Shown: positions 13,268 through 27,127 of the stretch, one piece after another
Layout: every line of letters starts with the position of its first letter
Numbering within the stretch: the stretch's first letter is position 1
Assembly (NCBI GenBank): GCA_964016885.1
Contig: OZ024744.1
Span: forward strand, 87,234,001 to 87,298,000
Reading direction: 5' to 3'
DNA from: Eledone cirrhosa
Lineage: Eukaryota
DNA length: 64,000 nucleotides
The notes under the pieces: generated by a model
The model's input: the letters and a program-made list of their open reading frames with translations, nothing else
Database searches by the model: none
What the model was told of the DNA's origin: nothing
Position numbers and translations under genes: made by a program

Positions 13268-14250
13268 TAGAATGGAAAATAAAAGATGAAATAGAAAGTA
13301 CAGAGTGAGAAGAGGAAAGAATGGGAAAAAAATTGAGTAAAAAAAAACACACGTGCGTATTTAGTCAGCCGATATATATATATATATATAACGCCGAAAC
13401 CAAATCTGTTCCGAGGTGTATAACATATAGATGTTGGATATATGCATGGCTAGATGTATGACCCTAGAATAGACTGACTTGTTGTTGCGTCAAAAACCCT
13501 CAACTAACACATGAAAGTGTGTGTGTATTGATGTAAATATTTTGTATAATATATTTAACTATTATGTGAAATTTACACGAGAGAGAGAGCAATGAGCCAT
13601 ATAATGACTTTAGTGGATTTATATGAATGCATATAAACGGTAAGATACCGAGAGTACAGTAGTTCTATAATATCTAATATTTATTTATATTTGATAATAA
13701 GCAATATTGTTTTGTTCTACGAAGACGTCCAATAGATTGCAAGTTATTATTTGATCATTTGACCATTTGGCGAGTTGTACGATTATGTACGTGTAGCTTT
13801 ATACACTTCACCAACTTTCTGTATATTAGTGGTGACTGCTGCAATTGGTGTCCTGCTGCTTCTAGCCTCTCTGTTTATGAAATATATATATATTTGGCAG
13901 GGGTTTCCGAACTCATTCAGATTATATATACGTGAAATAATAATATTACCGTATATTCCTGGATTCATTGAGCATCAAAAGAATAAAATTGGACGCTGAA
14001 GATCTGTAAGATATCAAGCCGAATGGGGTCAGACTAGGTTGACGAAGAATGGGGATTCAGGGGTAAATACAGCAATATACACAAAACAAAAAGAAAAACG
14101 GAACAAGTAAAAACAAAAGAGAAATTGCGTTCTAAACCAAGGTATTTGTGGCATTCCATGTTCTCAGAAATTCATATTTAACTCTTTATTCATACCAAAA
14201 TGATAGATCGTTCTTACTCCAATGTCTATTCTAGGGTTATTATATAATAT

Positions 14251-14432
14251 TTGGCAGTATCAGTAGAGGGTCGGACGCCATGCTTTGACGCATAGAGTTA
14301 CGGTCCTTGCCATTCTGAGTTCAAATCCCGCCGAGGTTAACTTTGCCTTTCATCCTTACAGGGTCGATAAAATAAAGTACCAGTAATGCACTGGGTAATT
14401 GCTGGCCTTGTGCCTAAAGTAGAAACAATTAT
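14251..14432 (+). mobile_element. tRNA-derived SINE (Nin/Deu-like domain), near full length
   Basis: A-box-like tggcagtatcag, B box gagttcaaatcc (14317-14328), central gcctttcatcctt..gggtcgataaaataaagtaccag. Confidence 0.85.
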
Positions 14433-14519
14433 AATTCAAGTGTCTTTTGTGGTTATGAAAATGGAAAAGGAAGAGAAAAGCAAGGGCTCTAGGATCACAG
14501 AAGAATGGGGGAAGGAAGG

Positions 14520-14780
14520 GGGAATGAGCTCTAGGCCTAGAGCGTGGCGGTATTGGGGCTGCGTCCTGCGAAATAGACCGCAAAAGCATTCCCGCAGGCA
14601 ATGGCCAGCGATACTCGCTGCAACAGCCACACCACCTCGTGGAGCTCCTTTCTCAGACGGACTGCTGACGTTCCGATCTTGTGGAGGAGCTCGGCTGCAT
14701 CGGGTGCAATTAAGCCTGAGGTCTCAAAAGTGACCGGTGCGAAGTGGAAGCGACCGGACACTCCCCGGGATATTATATTA
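14520..14780 (-). mobile_element. CRE-like non-LTR retrotransposon 3' fragment (restriction-like endonuclease C-terminus)
   Basis: FHFAPVTFETSG...LLHKIG...WLLQRVSLAIACGNA matches the F.P...ET.G ... QR.S.AIQRGNA motif. Confidence 0.7.
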
Positions 14781-15313
14781 AGATAAATTACAGGTGATTT
14801 AGCTTGCTGGTTCTGCTAAAACAAATGAGTAATCTAAAGAGAGTCTACTCCCAGTCAAGTTTGTATAATTATGCTTGTACATATGTTTGCTTACTTATAT
14901 GTTTATATAAATGCAAATAAGAGATTATTCATTACTTGAAACCTATGATGGTTGCAATGTGAGCATCAAATTTTGATTCAGCTTGTTGCTGGCTTGACGA
15001 ATTTAAGCATTTAGATAGAGGCCCTCGCGTTGCACAACAAGCCTTGGTCACTATAATAATTCGATGTAAGATCTTTTTGTATTCCTTTCCCAATTGAGAT
15101 TTTAGTATATATGAAAAATCGGACATCGGCGAATTAAAACAAGACGAAGGTGTTCTCTCTGCAGTGATCGGGTTATCACGAGTATTTGGCCCACGAGCGT
15201 GCAAGAAAATGCTATGACTTCCATAATTTTCGTATATATAGATGTAATTATATTGTTTAATTCGTTTATACTTTTACCTATTCCAGCTATGCTGGGGCAC
15301 TGCCCATGTGGCA

Positions 15314-15393
<80 letters not shown>

Positions 15394-15416
15394 CATCTAT
15401 CTATCTATCTATCTAT

Positions 15417-16020
15417 CCCATTCATACACTGCCCGGGCGTCACTGACCTGTGGGGCTATGTAGAACGACTATTGTCGCGGGTGGGACCAATCCAGTTGAC
15501 CACCGAGTCCATTGTCATGATCAAACCGCCACCCTCCTTCAAAAACGAAGGAGAGGCGGTTTTCCTTTGTGTGATAGCTATGGCGAAAGAGGTTGTATGG
15601 TGGACAAGGTTGAAAGGGCTGAGGTCAGACACCTTTCTCTCCGGCCAACAACTGATTCTTTTTTTCAAATACCACTTTGGAAGAAGAATCAGGATGGAGT
15701 GAGAGGTGCTGTACCCCAGCAAGTTTTATGAAAGGTGGGTGAAAGTGGCGAGAATGGCCCAAGTGAATGGGCCTTCTCTCTATATCAGCCTGTAGGTTGA
15801 GGAAAAGGAGGAGGAGAGGAAAGGAGTACAAGCTCTTCGTACTCCTGGAGATGAGGGTTGCACATTTTTTTTCGGGGGTATAAACTGTCTCCCTCTATTG
15901 GGGAAAATCGACTAACTTTTAAATTCCATCTGTGATAACATTTTACACGTTTTTATTGTATGTAAACTTCCCCCTTTGTATTTGTCCCCTTCTTTTGTAC
16001 CCCTGTGGCTAATAAAGAAA
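15417..16020 (+). mobile_element. 5'-truncated L1/Tx1-like LINE inserted in (TATC)n
   Basis: FIHCPGVTDLWGYVERLL..AKEVVWWTR (post-zinc-knuckle ORF2 end), followed by a 3' UTR and AATAAA; (TATC)n on both sides. Confidence 0.7.
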
Positions 16021-16397
16021 TATATCTATCTATCTATCTATCTATATTGTATTGTGTGTATGTGTGTATCTGTGTTTGAGTGTGCATATGGATGTTTGTA
16101 AGAATGGAGTTGGCAGATTTGTTAGAGCTTCGGATTAAATGACATTACTGTGGCTCACTGTTGGGGTTAGCAATGAATTTCAGTCTTGTGGCGTCGATAA
16201 CTAAAGTCCAGTGTGGGTGTAATGGCGGAATTGATAAATGTCAGATATGCTGCTTTATGGTGTTATTTTTGCGTCAGATCATCTCGGAGATGGTCTGCCG
16301 CAACATTAACATCAGATTTGCGGGCCATCTCAGAATCAAATATATTCTCTATTCTCTGTTTGTGATTCCTTTCATTCATTAACTTATTATGCAATCC

Positions 16398-16455
16398 ACA
16401 CCTGATGATGTTGCCAGAGTTTTATGTATCCATGCCATTGAAATATATACAGTGT
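16398..16455 (+). ncRNA. Degenerate hammerhead motif
   Basis: acac CTGATGA ... GAAA tatata CA gtgt; U16.1 mutated and stem II eroded. Confidence 0.4.
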
Positions 16456-16513
16456 TTTTTTGCAACAATATATATTTAAAAGAATATTTCCAGTCCGGAA
16501 TTATGTTGCTTTA

Positions 16514-16558
<45 letters not shown>

Positions 16559-16808
16559 GTATGTATTCATTTTACTTTTGTCCTGATAAGGAAAAATGCT
16601 GCGGCAGCGTAATTCCAAGTACATACCTTAAATGTGATATTTATTTCATATATTAATGTTTATAATGTTTATGGAAAGGTTAAATTACAGAGCATAAATA
16701 TACCACACTGAATTTTAAACCGTCTCAATGTAAATACAGAAACACGCACACTCAAAAATATATATTTATTTATTTATCACCGAATTTTTTGACAATAAAA
16801 ACATTAAT

Positions 16809-17036
16809 TTAACCCTTTACCACATACATTATTCTATATATACTATTGTATTTTTGTGGTAAAGGCTTTATCTCATATATTATCTCACATAATATCGAAT
16901 CTATGAGATTTTGGTGTAATTTATTTTGAGAACAATACTTTAACATCAGTATGAGCAGCCAGTTATGGCCGGTTTGAATAGAAAGAGTTTAACAAATTCT
17001 GGCCGGATATGGCCGCTTCAAATGCTAAAGGGTTAA
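16809..17036. mobile_element. TTAA-flanked piggyBac-type MITE
   Basis: TTAA-ccctttaccac ... atgctaaaggg-TTAA. Confidence 0.55.
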
Positions 17037-17459
17037 ATAATGGGGAATAAAAAGCCACCATAACGGAATAATTACACATCTCCACCCGCACGACACGAAC
17101 TCACACCTATATGCTGGCTGGAAAAAACTCTGCCATTGCACCTAAATACCCTTCACATTTTCTTCTGTTATTTAATAGCCACGCATACATAGCGAAAAAT
17201 AAACAAACGAATGAAATTAGAAACGTTGAATGAAATTTGAAATTTATGAGAAAGTTAGAAAATTCATCATTTACTAGGGAATAAAGGTCCTAGGTTAGGA
17301 CACCTTAAAGGTAAAAACGGACATTAGCACCTGCTAACGTGCTATGTATGTATGTATGTACGTATATATGTATGTGTATATGTGTGTATGTATATATGTA
17401 TATACATGTGTATATGCGTATATATATATATGTATATATATGTATATATGTATATATGC

Positions 17460-17810
17460 GCGGGGACATAGTAATAATCGGGCTGGATACCCAATCGCGC
17501 GGTTAAACCACTGGGAGTGAAGGACCCCTAGCCTTTGTCAGGGCATTCTTCTAGGAGAAGGCAACTCAGGAAACTTGGATAACTCCGACATAAAACCTGC
17601 GGCTCAGTAGTTACCGATGATGTTGATCTTTTCTTCGTTTCGGGTTATAGCTACGGACGCTCAGAGAGTGGGATTGGCTCAGTGCACAGTCTTTCCTCAC
17701 TCTAAAAAAAATTTTCACGCACAGGCATTACACGATAGCATTAATTGATAATTATTAATAATGGCATATCGTGCAATGGCCATACTCGACAACGAGGGCG
17801 CAGCCATCAT
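17460..17810 (+). mobile_element. RTE-related non-autonomous element (family 2) with (TATG)n tail
   Basis: ctagcctttgtcagggc..ctaggagaaggcaactc is shared with the 19309 family; other copies at 36585-36711 (-) and 53210-53428 (+). Confidence 0.65.
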
Positions 17811-18145
17811 GTATATATGTATGTATGTATGTATTTATGTATATATATGTATGTATGTATGTATTTATGTATGTATGTTAGCATGGACCGGTAAGAGCTG
17901 GAGAGGTAGGTGACCGTTGTGACATACGGAATTTCTTGGACGGTATAAACATGGCGGATCCCATCGCTCTACAGGACAGGACAGGAGCACAACCGATTTC
18001 TCCCAGAATAGGTAAAAGAATGATTTAGAGGAAAAATTGTTCCCAGCATTGGACGAGTGCGATTTTACCAAGGGGTAAAGTGACCGCAGTGGGATTTTAA
18101 CACTGTCCGGAATGAATAACACGCACACGCACACACACATATACG

Positions 18146-18629
<484 letters not shown>

Positions 18630-18752
18630 TATATCAATATGGATTCTGTAAAAACCATTACTCACCAGAGTACTCTATATTTGGAGGAGTAGAGTATGGT
18701 TATATGAAAGAGCCGTTTCAACAGCTAGTTCCATTTAAACACACACACATAC

Positions 18753-18787
<35 letters not shown>

Positions 18788-18789
18788 CA

Positions 18790-18872
18790 TACAGGGTGTT
18801 CCCCCAAAATGGATACACACTTCGATTACCTGTACAAGCAATATTCATTAGAATGAGATTGAAGTGTGTACA
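18790..18872. mobile_element. Tc1/mariner-type MITE remnant
   Basis: TA-CAGGGTGTTCCCCCAAAA start; internal inverted match tacacacttcgatt / gattgaagtgtgta. Confidence 0.45.
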
Positions 18873-18992
18873 TGTATGTATCCTATATATGTATGTATCT
18901 ATGTATGTATGTATGTATGTATGTATGTATGTATGTATGTATGTATGTATGTATGTATGTATGTATGTATGTATGTATGTATGTATGTATGT

Positions 18993-20548
18993 ATTGCTCA
19001 CTATAAAAGCTTCACGGCACAGGCGTTGCTTTATATCTGGAGATCTATCTGCACTTGTCGTCACATGGTACTATGGGCCCAGCACTATGTGTCAATAATT
19101 GTCACAAGTGTAGTGTTTGTACCAGAGTTTTCAAGCCGCGGGCTGGACTAAAAAGTCACACTCGTTCAGCGCATAGGTAGGGGTTCTCCTACATGGATAT
19201 AAAGTAGTGGCCGTACTCGAAAACGAGTTGGCAGCTACCATGTATGTATGTATGTATGTATGTATGTATGTATGTATGTATGTATGTATGTATGTATGTA
19301 TGTATGTATGTCTCATGGTCGGGTCGTTGGCGACTAAACTGGAAACCTGTCTCATGGTCGGGTCGTTGGCGACTAAACTGGCAACCCCACCAAGGTTTCT
19401 TGGTGAGGAGGGTGACTTTGGACATCCTGCAGGACTAAAAACAAAATCTGTCAAAAGGAAAAGGAGCTCTTAATACTCAATGGCCATCCAAAATCACCGG
19501 GAGAGATTACCCCTTAGCCTTTGTCAAGGCAGAATTCTAGGAGAAGGAAAACTCTGATATAACACCTGCAACCCTGATGGTATCGAATGATGTTGACTTG
19601 TTCTTCTTTTTGGTAAATATCATCTTCATTAAGCGAGTGGGACTGGCTTTGTGCAGTACCTTTGCTCACTATAAAAGCTTCACGGCACAGGCATTGCTTT
19701 ATATCTGGAGATCTCTCTGCACTTGTCGTGACATGGTACCATGGGCCCAGCACTATGTGTCAATAATTGTCACAAGTGTAGTGTTTGTACTAGTGTTTTC
19801 AAGTCGCGGGCTGGACTAAAAAGTCACACTCGTTCAGCGCATAGGTAGGCGTTCTCCTACATGGATATAAAGTAGTGGCCGTACTCGAAAACGAGTTGGG
19901 AGCCATCATGTATGTATGTATGTATGTATGTATGTATGTATGTATGTATGTATGTATGTATGTATGTATGTATGTATGTATGTATGTATGTATGTATGTC
20001 TCATGGTCGTGTCGTTGGCGACTAAACTAAAGGTTTCTTGGTGAGGAGGGTGACTTTGGAAATCCTGCAGGACTAAAAACAAAATCTGTCAAAGGGAAAA
20101 GGAGCTCTTAAGAGTCAATGGCCATCCAAAATCACCGGGAGAGATGACCCTTTAGCCTTTGTCAAGGCAGAATTCTAGGAGAAGGAAAACTCTGATATAA
20201 CACCTGCAACCCTGATGGTATCCAATGATGTTGACTTGTTCTTCTTTTTGGTAAATATCATCTTGATTAAGCGAGTGGGACTGGTTTTGTGCAGTACCTT
20301 TGCTCACTATAAAAGCTTCACGGCACAGGCATTACTTTATATCTGGAGATCTCTCTGCACTTGTCGTCACATGGTACCATGGGCCCAGCACTATGTGTCA
20401 ATAATTGTCACAGGTGTAGTGTTTGTGCCAGAGTTTTCAAGTCGCTGGCTGGACTAAAAAGTCACACTCGTTCAGCGCATCGGTAGGGGGTTCTCCTACA
20501 TGGATATAAAGTAGTGGCCGTACTCGAAAACGAGTTGGCAGCCACCAT
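18993..20548 (+). mobile_element. Three head-to-tail copies of a bipartite non-autonomous RTE element separated by (TATG)n
   Basis: Copies at 18993-19240, 19309-19910 and 19998-20548. The 3' part encodes [25 protein letters not shown] (19771-19848), an RTE-type C-terminal C2H2 finger; the 5' part carries ctaggagaaggaaaactctga. Confidence 0.8.
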
Positions 20549-21063
20549 GTATGTATGTATGTATGTTTTCTCTTTCTCTTAATTTCGAGTATATTTTTTT
20601 TGACCGGCCACCTTCCTGGTGGCAAGGTATGTATGTATGTATGTATGTATGTATGTATGTATGTATGTATGTATGTATGTATGTATGTATGTATGTATGT
20701 ATGTATGTATGTATGTATGTATGTATGTATGTATGTAGATAGGTAGGTAGGTAGGTAGGTAGGTAGGTAGGTAGGTAGGTAGGTAGGTAGGTAGGTAGGT
20801 ATGTACGAACGTATGTTTGTAATCATGTATGTATGAATAGTACGCAAGCATACATTTACATTTACATGCGTTAAGAAAGAGAAGACTAATATGGACGAAA
20901 GCACACACACACAATCGAATATCATGTTCATGCAAGCGCACACACAGACAAAGAGAAGAACAGACACTTGCACATAGTATGGCCAAACAAATTATATACT
21001 TCATGTAGTAAATCTCCTAGCGCATATACGTCTGTGTGTATATATATATATATACATATATAT

Positions 21064-21147
<84 letters not shown>

Positions 21148-21150
21148 ATA

Positions 21151-21347
21151 TAACGTAGGAAGTGTGGTAAGGGACCAGATGGCCCAAAACGCACCAGAGT
21201 ACTCAATATTTAGGGTAGTAGAGTGGTTAATAGGAAAATGTTTGACCTCGACGGCAGTGCTCAAGCCGTCTCGACGGCCATTTCTTGGTCCAGAAATAGC
21301 TGTCGAAACGGCTTGAGCTCTGCCGTCGGGGACAAACATTTTCCTAT
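21151..21347 (-). mobile_element. Family C fold-back element (HHR 3' half only)
   Basis: Inverted arms containing GAAA cggc..gccg TC; other copies at 27128, 35658, 41247, 48467 and 54611. Confidence 0.8.
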
Positions 21348-21386
21348 GGATATATCTATATATATACATATATATTTATATATATA

Positions 21387-21625
<239 letters not shown>

Positions 21626-21763
21626 AGTATATATATATATATATATATATGATTCCAGTTCCACAGTGAAATAACAACCCAACTAGGAACTGGGCATATC
21701 AGAGTATTGACAAAGTTAAACACCTCGACAACATGTGTACTCGTCTCTACCACACTAATTCGG

Positions 21764-21818
21764 ACTGCCTGAAGAGGTCACATCCAAAGATGGCTGTCAC
21801 CGAAATATATATTGCAGT
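21764..21818 (+). ncRNA. Type I hammerhead ribozyme
   Basis: actgc CTGAAGA ggt[catc-caaa-gatg]acc GAAA tatata TT gcagt. Confidence 0.75.
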
Positions 21819-22106
21819 AATAAACGAAGCCAAATTTTAAACATTTGACTTATTTATTTTATTTTATTTTACATTATTCCGGAGTAACCAAACCAACCTG
21901 CGCACTTCGTCGAGTGCTCCAATCTGCATATTAGGGTGTTGTTATACAACCAACATATACTCAAAATTTATATAAATATATATATATATATATACACATA
22001 TATATATATATACATATATATATATGTATATATATACATTTATATATACACACATATATATACATATATACATGTACGTATATATATGGATATATATATA
22101 TTTGTA

Positions 22107-22174
<68 letters not shown>

Positions 22175-22268
22175 GTATAAAAATCAATACATTAAATTTT
22201 GCTCTGATACTTACATAGAGCACTCTTCATTTCTATGACCTTTTCTGTTTCCAACGGAAATTTCAATA

Positions 22269-22351
<83 letters not shown>

Positions 22352-22387
22352 ATATATATATACACTCATGTATATATATACAAACAC

Positions 22388-22420
<33 letters not shown>

Positions 22421-22705
22421 AACAGTGCAATACAATTTGTGATACCAGTGACTAAATATTAAATATAAAATAGATGTTAAACATTTTTTCTCTGTTTTTG
22501 ATAGGATAAATGGCCCAACCGCGACGTAATGATTTTTACTTTTTAAGAGTTTCAAATCACGTTAGTTTCGAATAATCATTTTCAAATATGAAATATATAT
22601 GTATGTATGTATTCATGCTTGTTTGTATGTATGTATTATATATGTGTATGTACATATAAATGTTAAACATATATGTATATGTGTGTATATATATATATAC
22701 ATATG

Positions 22706-22812
<107 letters not shown>

Positions 22813-22866
22813 ACACGGACTGAGTGCTCTACCACTACGGATATTACCTTCCAGTGTTCCATCCAC

Positions 22867-22926
<60 letters not shown>

Positions 22927-22982
22927 TAAACAAGTAATGAATAAACAATGAGACAGTTCCTTATATTAAACAAAAAAAGTTC

Positions 22983-23130
22983 ATTATTTAACGATCGTTT
23001 CTAGGATATATATGTGTTAGAATTGGCATGCATATTCAACAGATCTATGTACAAAATTATACAAAATTATACAAACTATCAAGATTAAATATACATACCA
23101 ACACATATATACGCCGTCTTCAGAAATAAT
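22983..23130 (-). ncRNA. Type I hammerhead ribozyme with ~115-nt stem II domain
   Basis: attattt CTGAAGA cggcg tatatatgtgttgg[..]ctaacacatatata tccta GAAA cgatcg TT aaataat. 7-bp stem I, palindromic stem III. Confidence 0.75.
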
Positions 23131-23324
23131 TTATCTACATATATATATATATATATATATATACGTATATATATATACACACATATATATATATATATAT
23201 ATGTATGTAGGTATACATACATACATATATATATATTACACACATATATATATATACATACATATAATAAATATGTATGTGTGTGTATAAATACACACAT
23301 ATATATGTATATACATACACACAT

Positions 23325-23369
<45 letters not shown>

Positions 23370-23753
23370 AAGATTAAACAAGGTTCAATGAATAAATCAA
23401 AGAATGAGTTTTACAATAGATTGGAAGCACTCAACCGCATTGGTTTTCCGTTTAATATTTTGAATTAATATATATATATATATTTATATATATTTATATA
23501 TATTTATATATATACATATATATATATACAAGTGTATGTAGGTATATCTCTATGTAACTAAATAATTAAATTATTAAATAAGTGTATATGTATGAACGAC
23601 AAAAAATATAAATTTATTCGTAAATAGTGTATATATATATATATACATGTATGTGCCTATGCATGTATATTGCATGTCAGAATGCATGTATGTAAGTATT
23701 TATGTATGTACATGTGTATATTAGACCTATGAATATATAACTGTTTGTATATG

Positions 23754-23788
<35 letters not shown>

Positions 23789-23854
23789 TGTTATAGTCAC
23801 TTATATATTATGAAATACTGCTGGTTTCACGCTTACAACAATTTCTATACTTTC

Positions 23855-23904
<50 letters not shown>

Positions 23905-23906
<2 letters not shown>

Positions 23907-24056
23907 AAACAGAAATAACAACACAATCGGTAGAGTATATGGAAGATATATAATAGGTTAACGCTAGATATAGCAGGAAGAGGGTCCTAACGTTTCGGAT
24001 GCTAGTCCTTTATCAGAAGAAAGAATGAGAAATAATATAGATTAAGGGGACCGGCT
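23905..24056 (-). mobile_element. Family F element with mutated HHR (23985-24020)
   Basis: Reverse complement of 47400-47606; the core reads CTGATAA. Confidence 0.7.
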
Positions 24057-24063
24057 GTATATA

Positions 24064-24100
<37 letters not shown>

Positions 24101-24178
24101 GTATGTATATATATATATGTGTGTGTATGTGCATGTGCGTATGTATGTATATATTTGCATGATATTGGACGTTTTTTT

Positions 24179-24240
<62 letters not shown>

Positions 24241-24468
24241 TTATATACATATATATATGTGTGTGTCTGTGTCTGTGTGTGTAAGTATGTATGTTCACAC
24301 ACCATTTATAAATATATATATATATATATAAATAAAATAGTTATATATATATATACATACACATGTACATATATACGTACATATGTACTTAAAAATATAT
24401 ATACATACATATATACATACATATATATATATACATATATACATACTTACATATATACATACATACAT

Positions 24469-24499
<31 letters not shown>

Positions 24500-24514
24500 C
24501 ATACATACATACAT

Positions 24515-24968
24515 GGTGGCTGCCAACTCGTTTTCGAGTACGGCCACTACTTTATATCCATGTAGGAGAACCCCTACCGATGCGCTGAACGAGTGTGACT
24601 TTTTAGTCCAGCCAGCGACTTGAAAACTCTGGTACAAACACTACACTTGTGACAATTACTGACACATAGTGCAGGGCCCATGGTACCATGTGACGACAAG
24701 TGCAGAGAGATCTCCAGATATAAAGCAATGCCTGTGCCGTGAAGCTTTTATAGTGAGCAAAGGCACTGCACAAAGCCAGTCCCACTCTCTTAACCAAGAT
24801 GATATTTACCAAAAAGAAGAACAAGTCAACATCATTGGATACCATCAGGGTTGCAGGTGTTATATCAGAGTTTTCCTTCTCCTAGAATTCTGCCTTGACA
24901 AAGGCTAAGGGGTCATCTCTCCCGGTGATTTTGGATGGCCATTGACTCTTAAGAGCTCCTTTGCCCTT
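24515..24968 (-). mobile_element. Bipartite RTE element copy flanked by a ~237-bp direct repeat
   Basis: Reverse complement of about 20093-20548; 24278-24514 is repeated at 24969-25205. Confidence 0.85.
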
Positions 24969-25159
24969 TGTGTAAGTATGTATGTTCACACACCATTTAT
25001 AAATATATATATATATATATAAATAAAATAGTTATATATATATATACATACACATGTACATATATACGTACATATGTACTTAAAAATATATATACATACA
25101 TATATACATACATATATATATATACATATATACATACTTACATATATACATACATACAT

Positions 25160-25190
<31 letters not shown>

Positions 25191-25200
25191 CATACATACA

Positions 25201-25234
<34 letters not shown>

Positions 25235-25256
25235 CATAAACATATATATATATATA

Positions 25257-25386
25257 TAATATATAAGAACAAAAGATGGTTAAAAGAGTTCCATATATTA
25301 ACCATCTTTTGTTCTTATAGATTATGTATACTACAGTCCTACAAACTGTAGAGTGCTTCTTATCTACATACATACATACATAAACA

Positions 25387-25443
<57 letters not shown>

Positions 25444-25586
25444 AGAACAAAAGATGGTTAAAAGAATTCCATATATTAACCATCTTTTCTTCTTATATAT
25501 TATGTATACTCCAGTCCTACAAACTGTAGAGTGCTTCTTATCCGATATCTGCATTGCTTTATTGTACTACAATAAAACTCACCTCC

Positions 25587-25633
<47 letters not shown>

Positions 25634-25776
25634 AGAACAAAAGATGGTTAAAAGTTTTCCATATATTAACCATCTTTTCTTCTTATATATTATGTATACT
25701 CCAGTCCTACAAACTGTAGAGTGCTTCTTATCTGATATCTGCATTGCTTTATTGTACTACAATAAAACTCACCTCC

Positions 25777-25869
<93 letters not shown>

Positions 25870-26013
25870 AGAACAAAAGATGGTTAAAAAAATTCCATAT
25901 ATTAACCATCTTTTCTTCTTATATATTATGTATACTCCAGTCCTACAAACTGTAGAGTGCTTCTTATCCGATATCTGCATTGCTTTATTGTACTACAATA
26001 AAACTCACCTCCT

Positions 26014-26049
<36 letters not shown>

Positions 26050-26192
26050 AGAACAAAAGATGGTTAAAAAAATTCCATATATCAACCATCTTTTCTTCTT
26101 ATATATTATGTATACTCCAGTCCTACAAACTGTAGAGTGCTTCTTATCCGATATCTGCATTGCTTTATTGTACTACAATAAAACTCACCTCC

Positions 26193-26196
<4 letters not shown>
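25257..26196 (+). repeat. Tandem array of a 156-bp hairpin-containing unit separated by variable (TA)n
   Basis: Units at 25257 (partial), 25435, 25625, 25861 and 26041. Confidence 0.9.
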
Positions 26197-26243
<47 letters not shown>

Positions 26244-26518
26244 CGACATGCATGTATGTATGCAAGCGTTCTCCTCGATGCATCGTATGATAAAACCTAT
26301 ATCTGCGTGTGTTTGTGTGTTCGACGGCGTTACACGTCTGACTGTCGCTTGTTTTAAATACTACACGTCTATCGTGTTCGCTGTGTCTGTGTGTTGGTAG
26401 ATATGCCTATCGCTTGAAAAAACTACTGTTTTAGCTACTAGTCGATGCAATTGAATACGTCTGCCTTTATAAATATTTGTATGCGTGAGTGAGTGTGAAT
26501 ACGTATATGTGTTTGTAC

Positions 26519-26561
<43 letters not shown>

Positions 26562-26606
26562 TGTATATGTATGAGTGAGTGAGTGTGAATACGTATATGT
26601 GTTTGT

Positions 26607-26638
<32 letters not shown>

Positions 26639-26706
26639 ATGTATGGGTGTGTGTGTATACGTGTAAATCTATATATATATACACAAACACACACACACAC
26701 ACACGT

Positions 26707-26750
<44 letters not shown>

Positions 26751-26763
26751 AGATATATATATA

Positions 26764-26816
<53 letters not shown>

Positions 26817-27034
26817 TCACACATATATATATATATGTGTATATATCTATATATATATATATATACACAAACACACATACGTTCACGTACACACACACAT
26901 ACACATATATATATATATATGTATATGTGTAGATATATATATATATATATTTTTATATATATATACATATATATACACACACTCATATATATATATATGT
27001 ATATACACAAACACACACACACACACACACACAC

Positions 27035-27110
<76 letters not shown>

Positions 27111-27127
27111 ATATATATATATATATA

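Noticed and set aside
14251-14335. tRNA gene suggested by A and B boxes
   Set aside because: It is the tRNA-derived head of a multicopy SINE; no cloverleaf is evident.
19577-19819. Repeated 80-aa ORF MVSNDVDLFFF (also at 20215 and 24603) as a gene family
   Set aside because: It lies inside near-identical copies of a non-autonomous retroelement; the meaningful remnant is the zinc finger in another frame.
25257-26196. CRISPR-like repeat/spacer periodicity
   Set aside because: The 156-bp repeats have (TA)n spacers, the context is eukaryotic and there are no cas genes.
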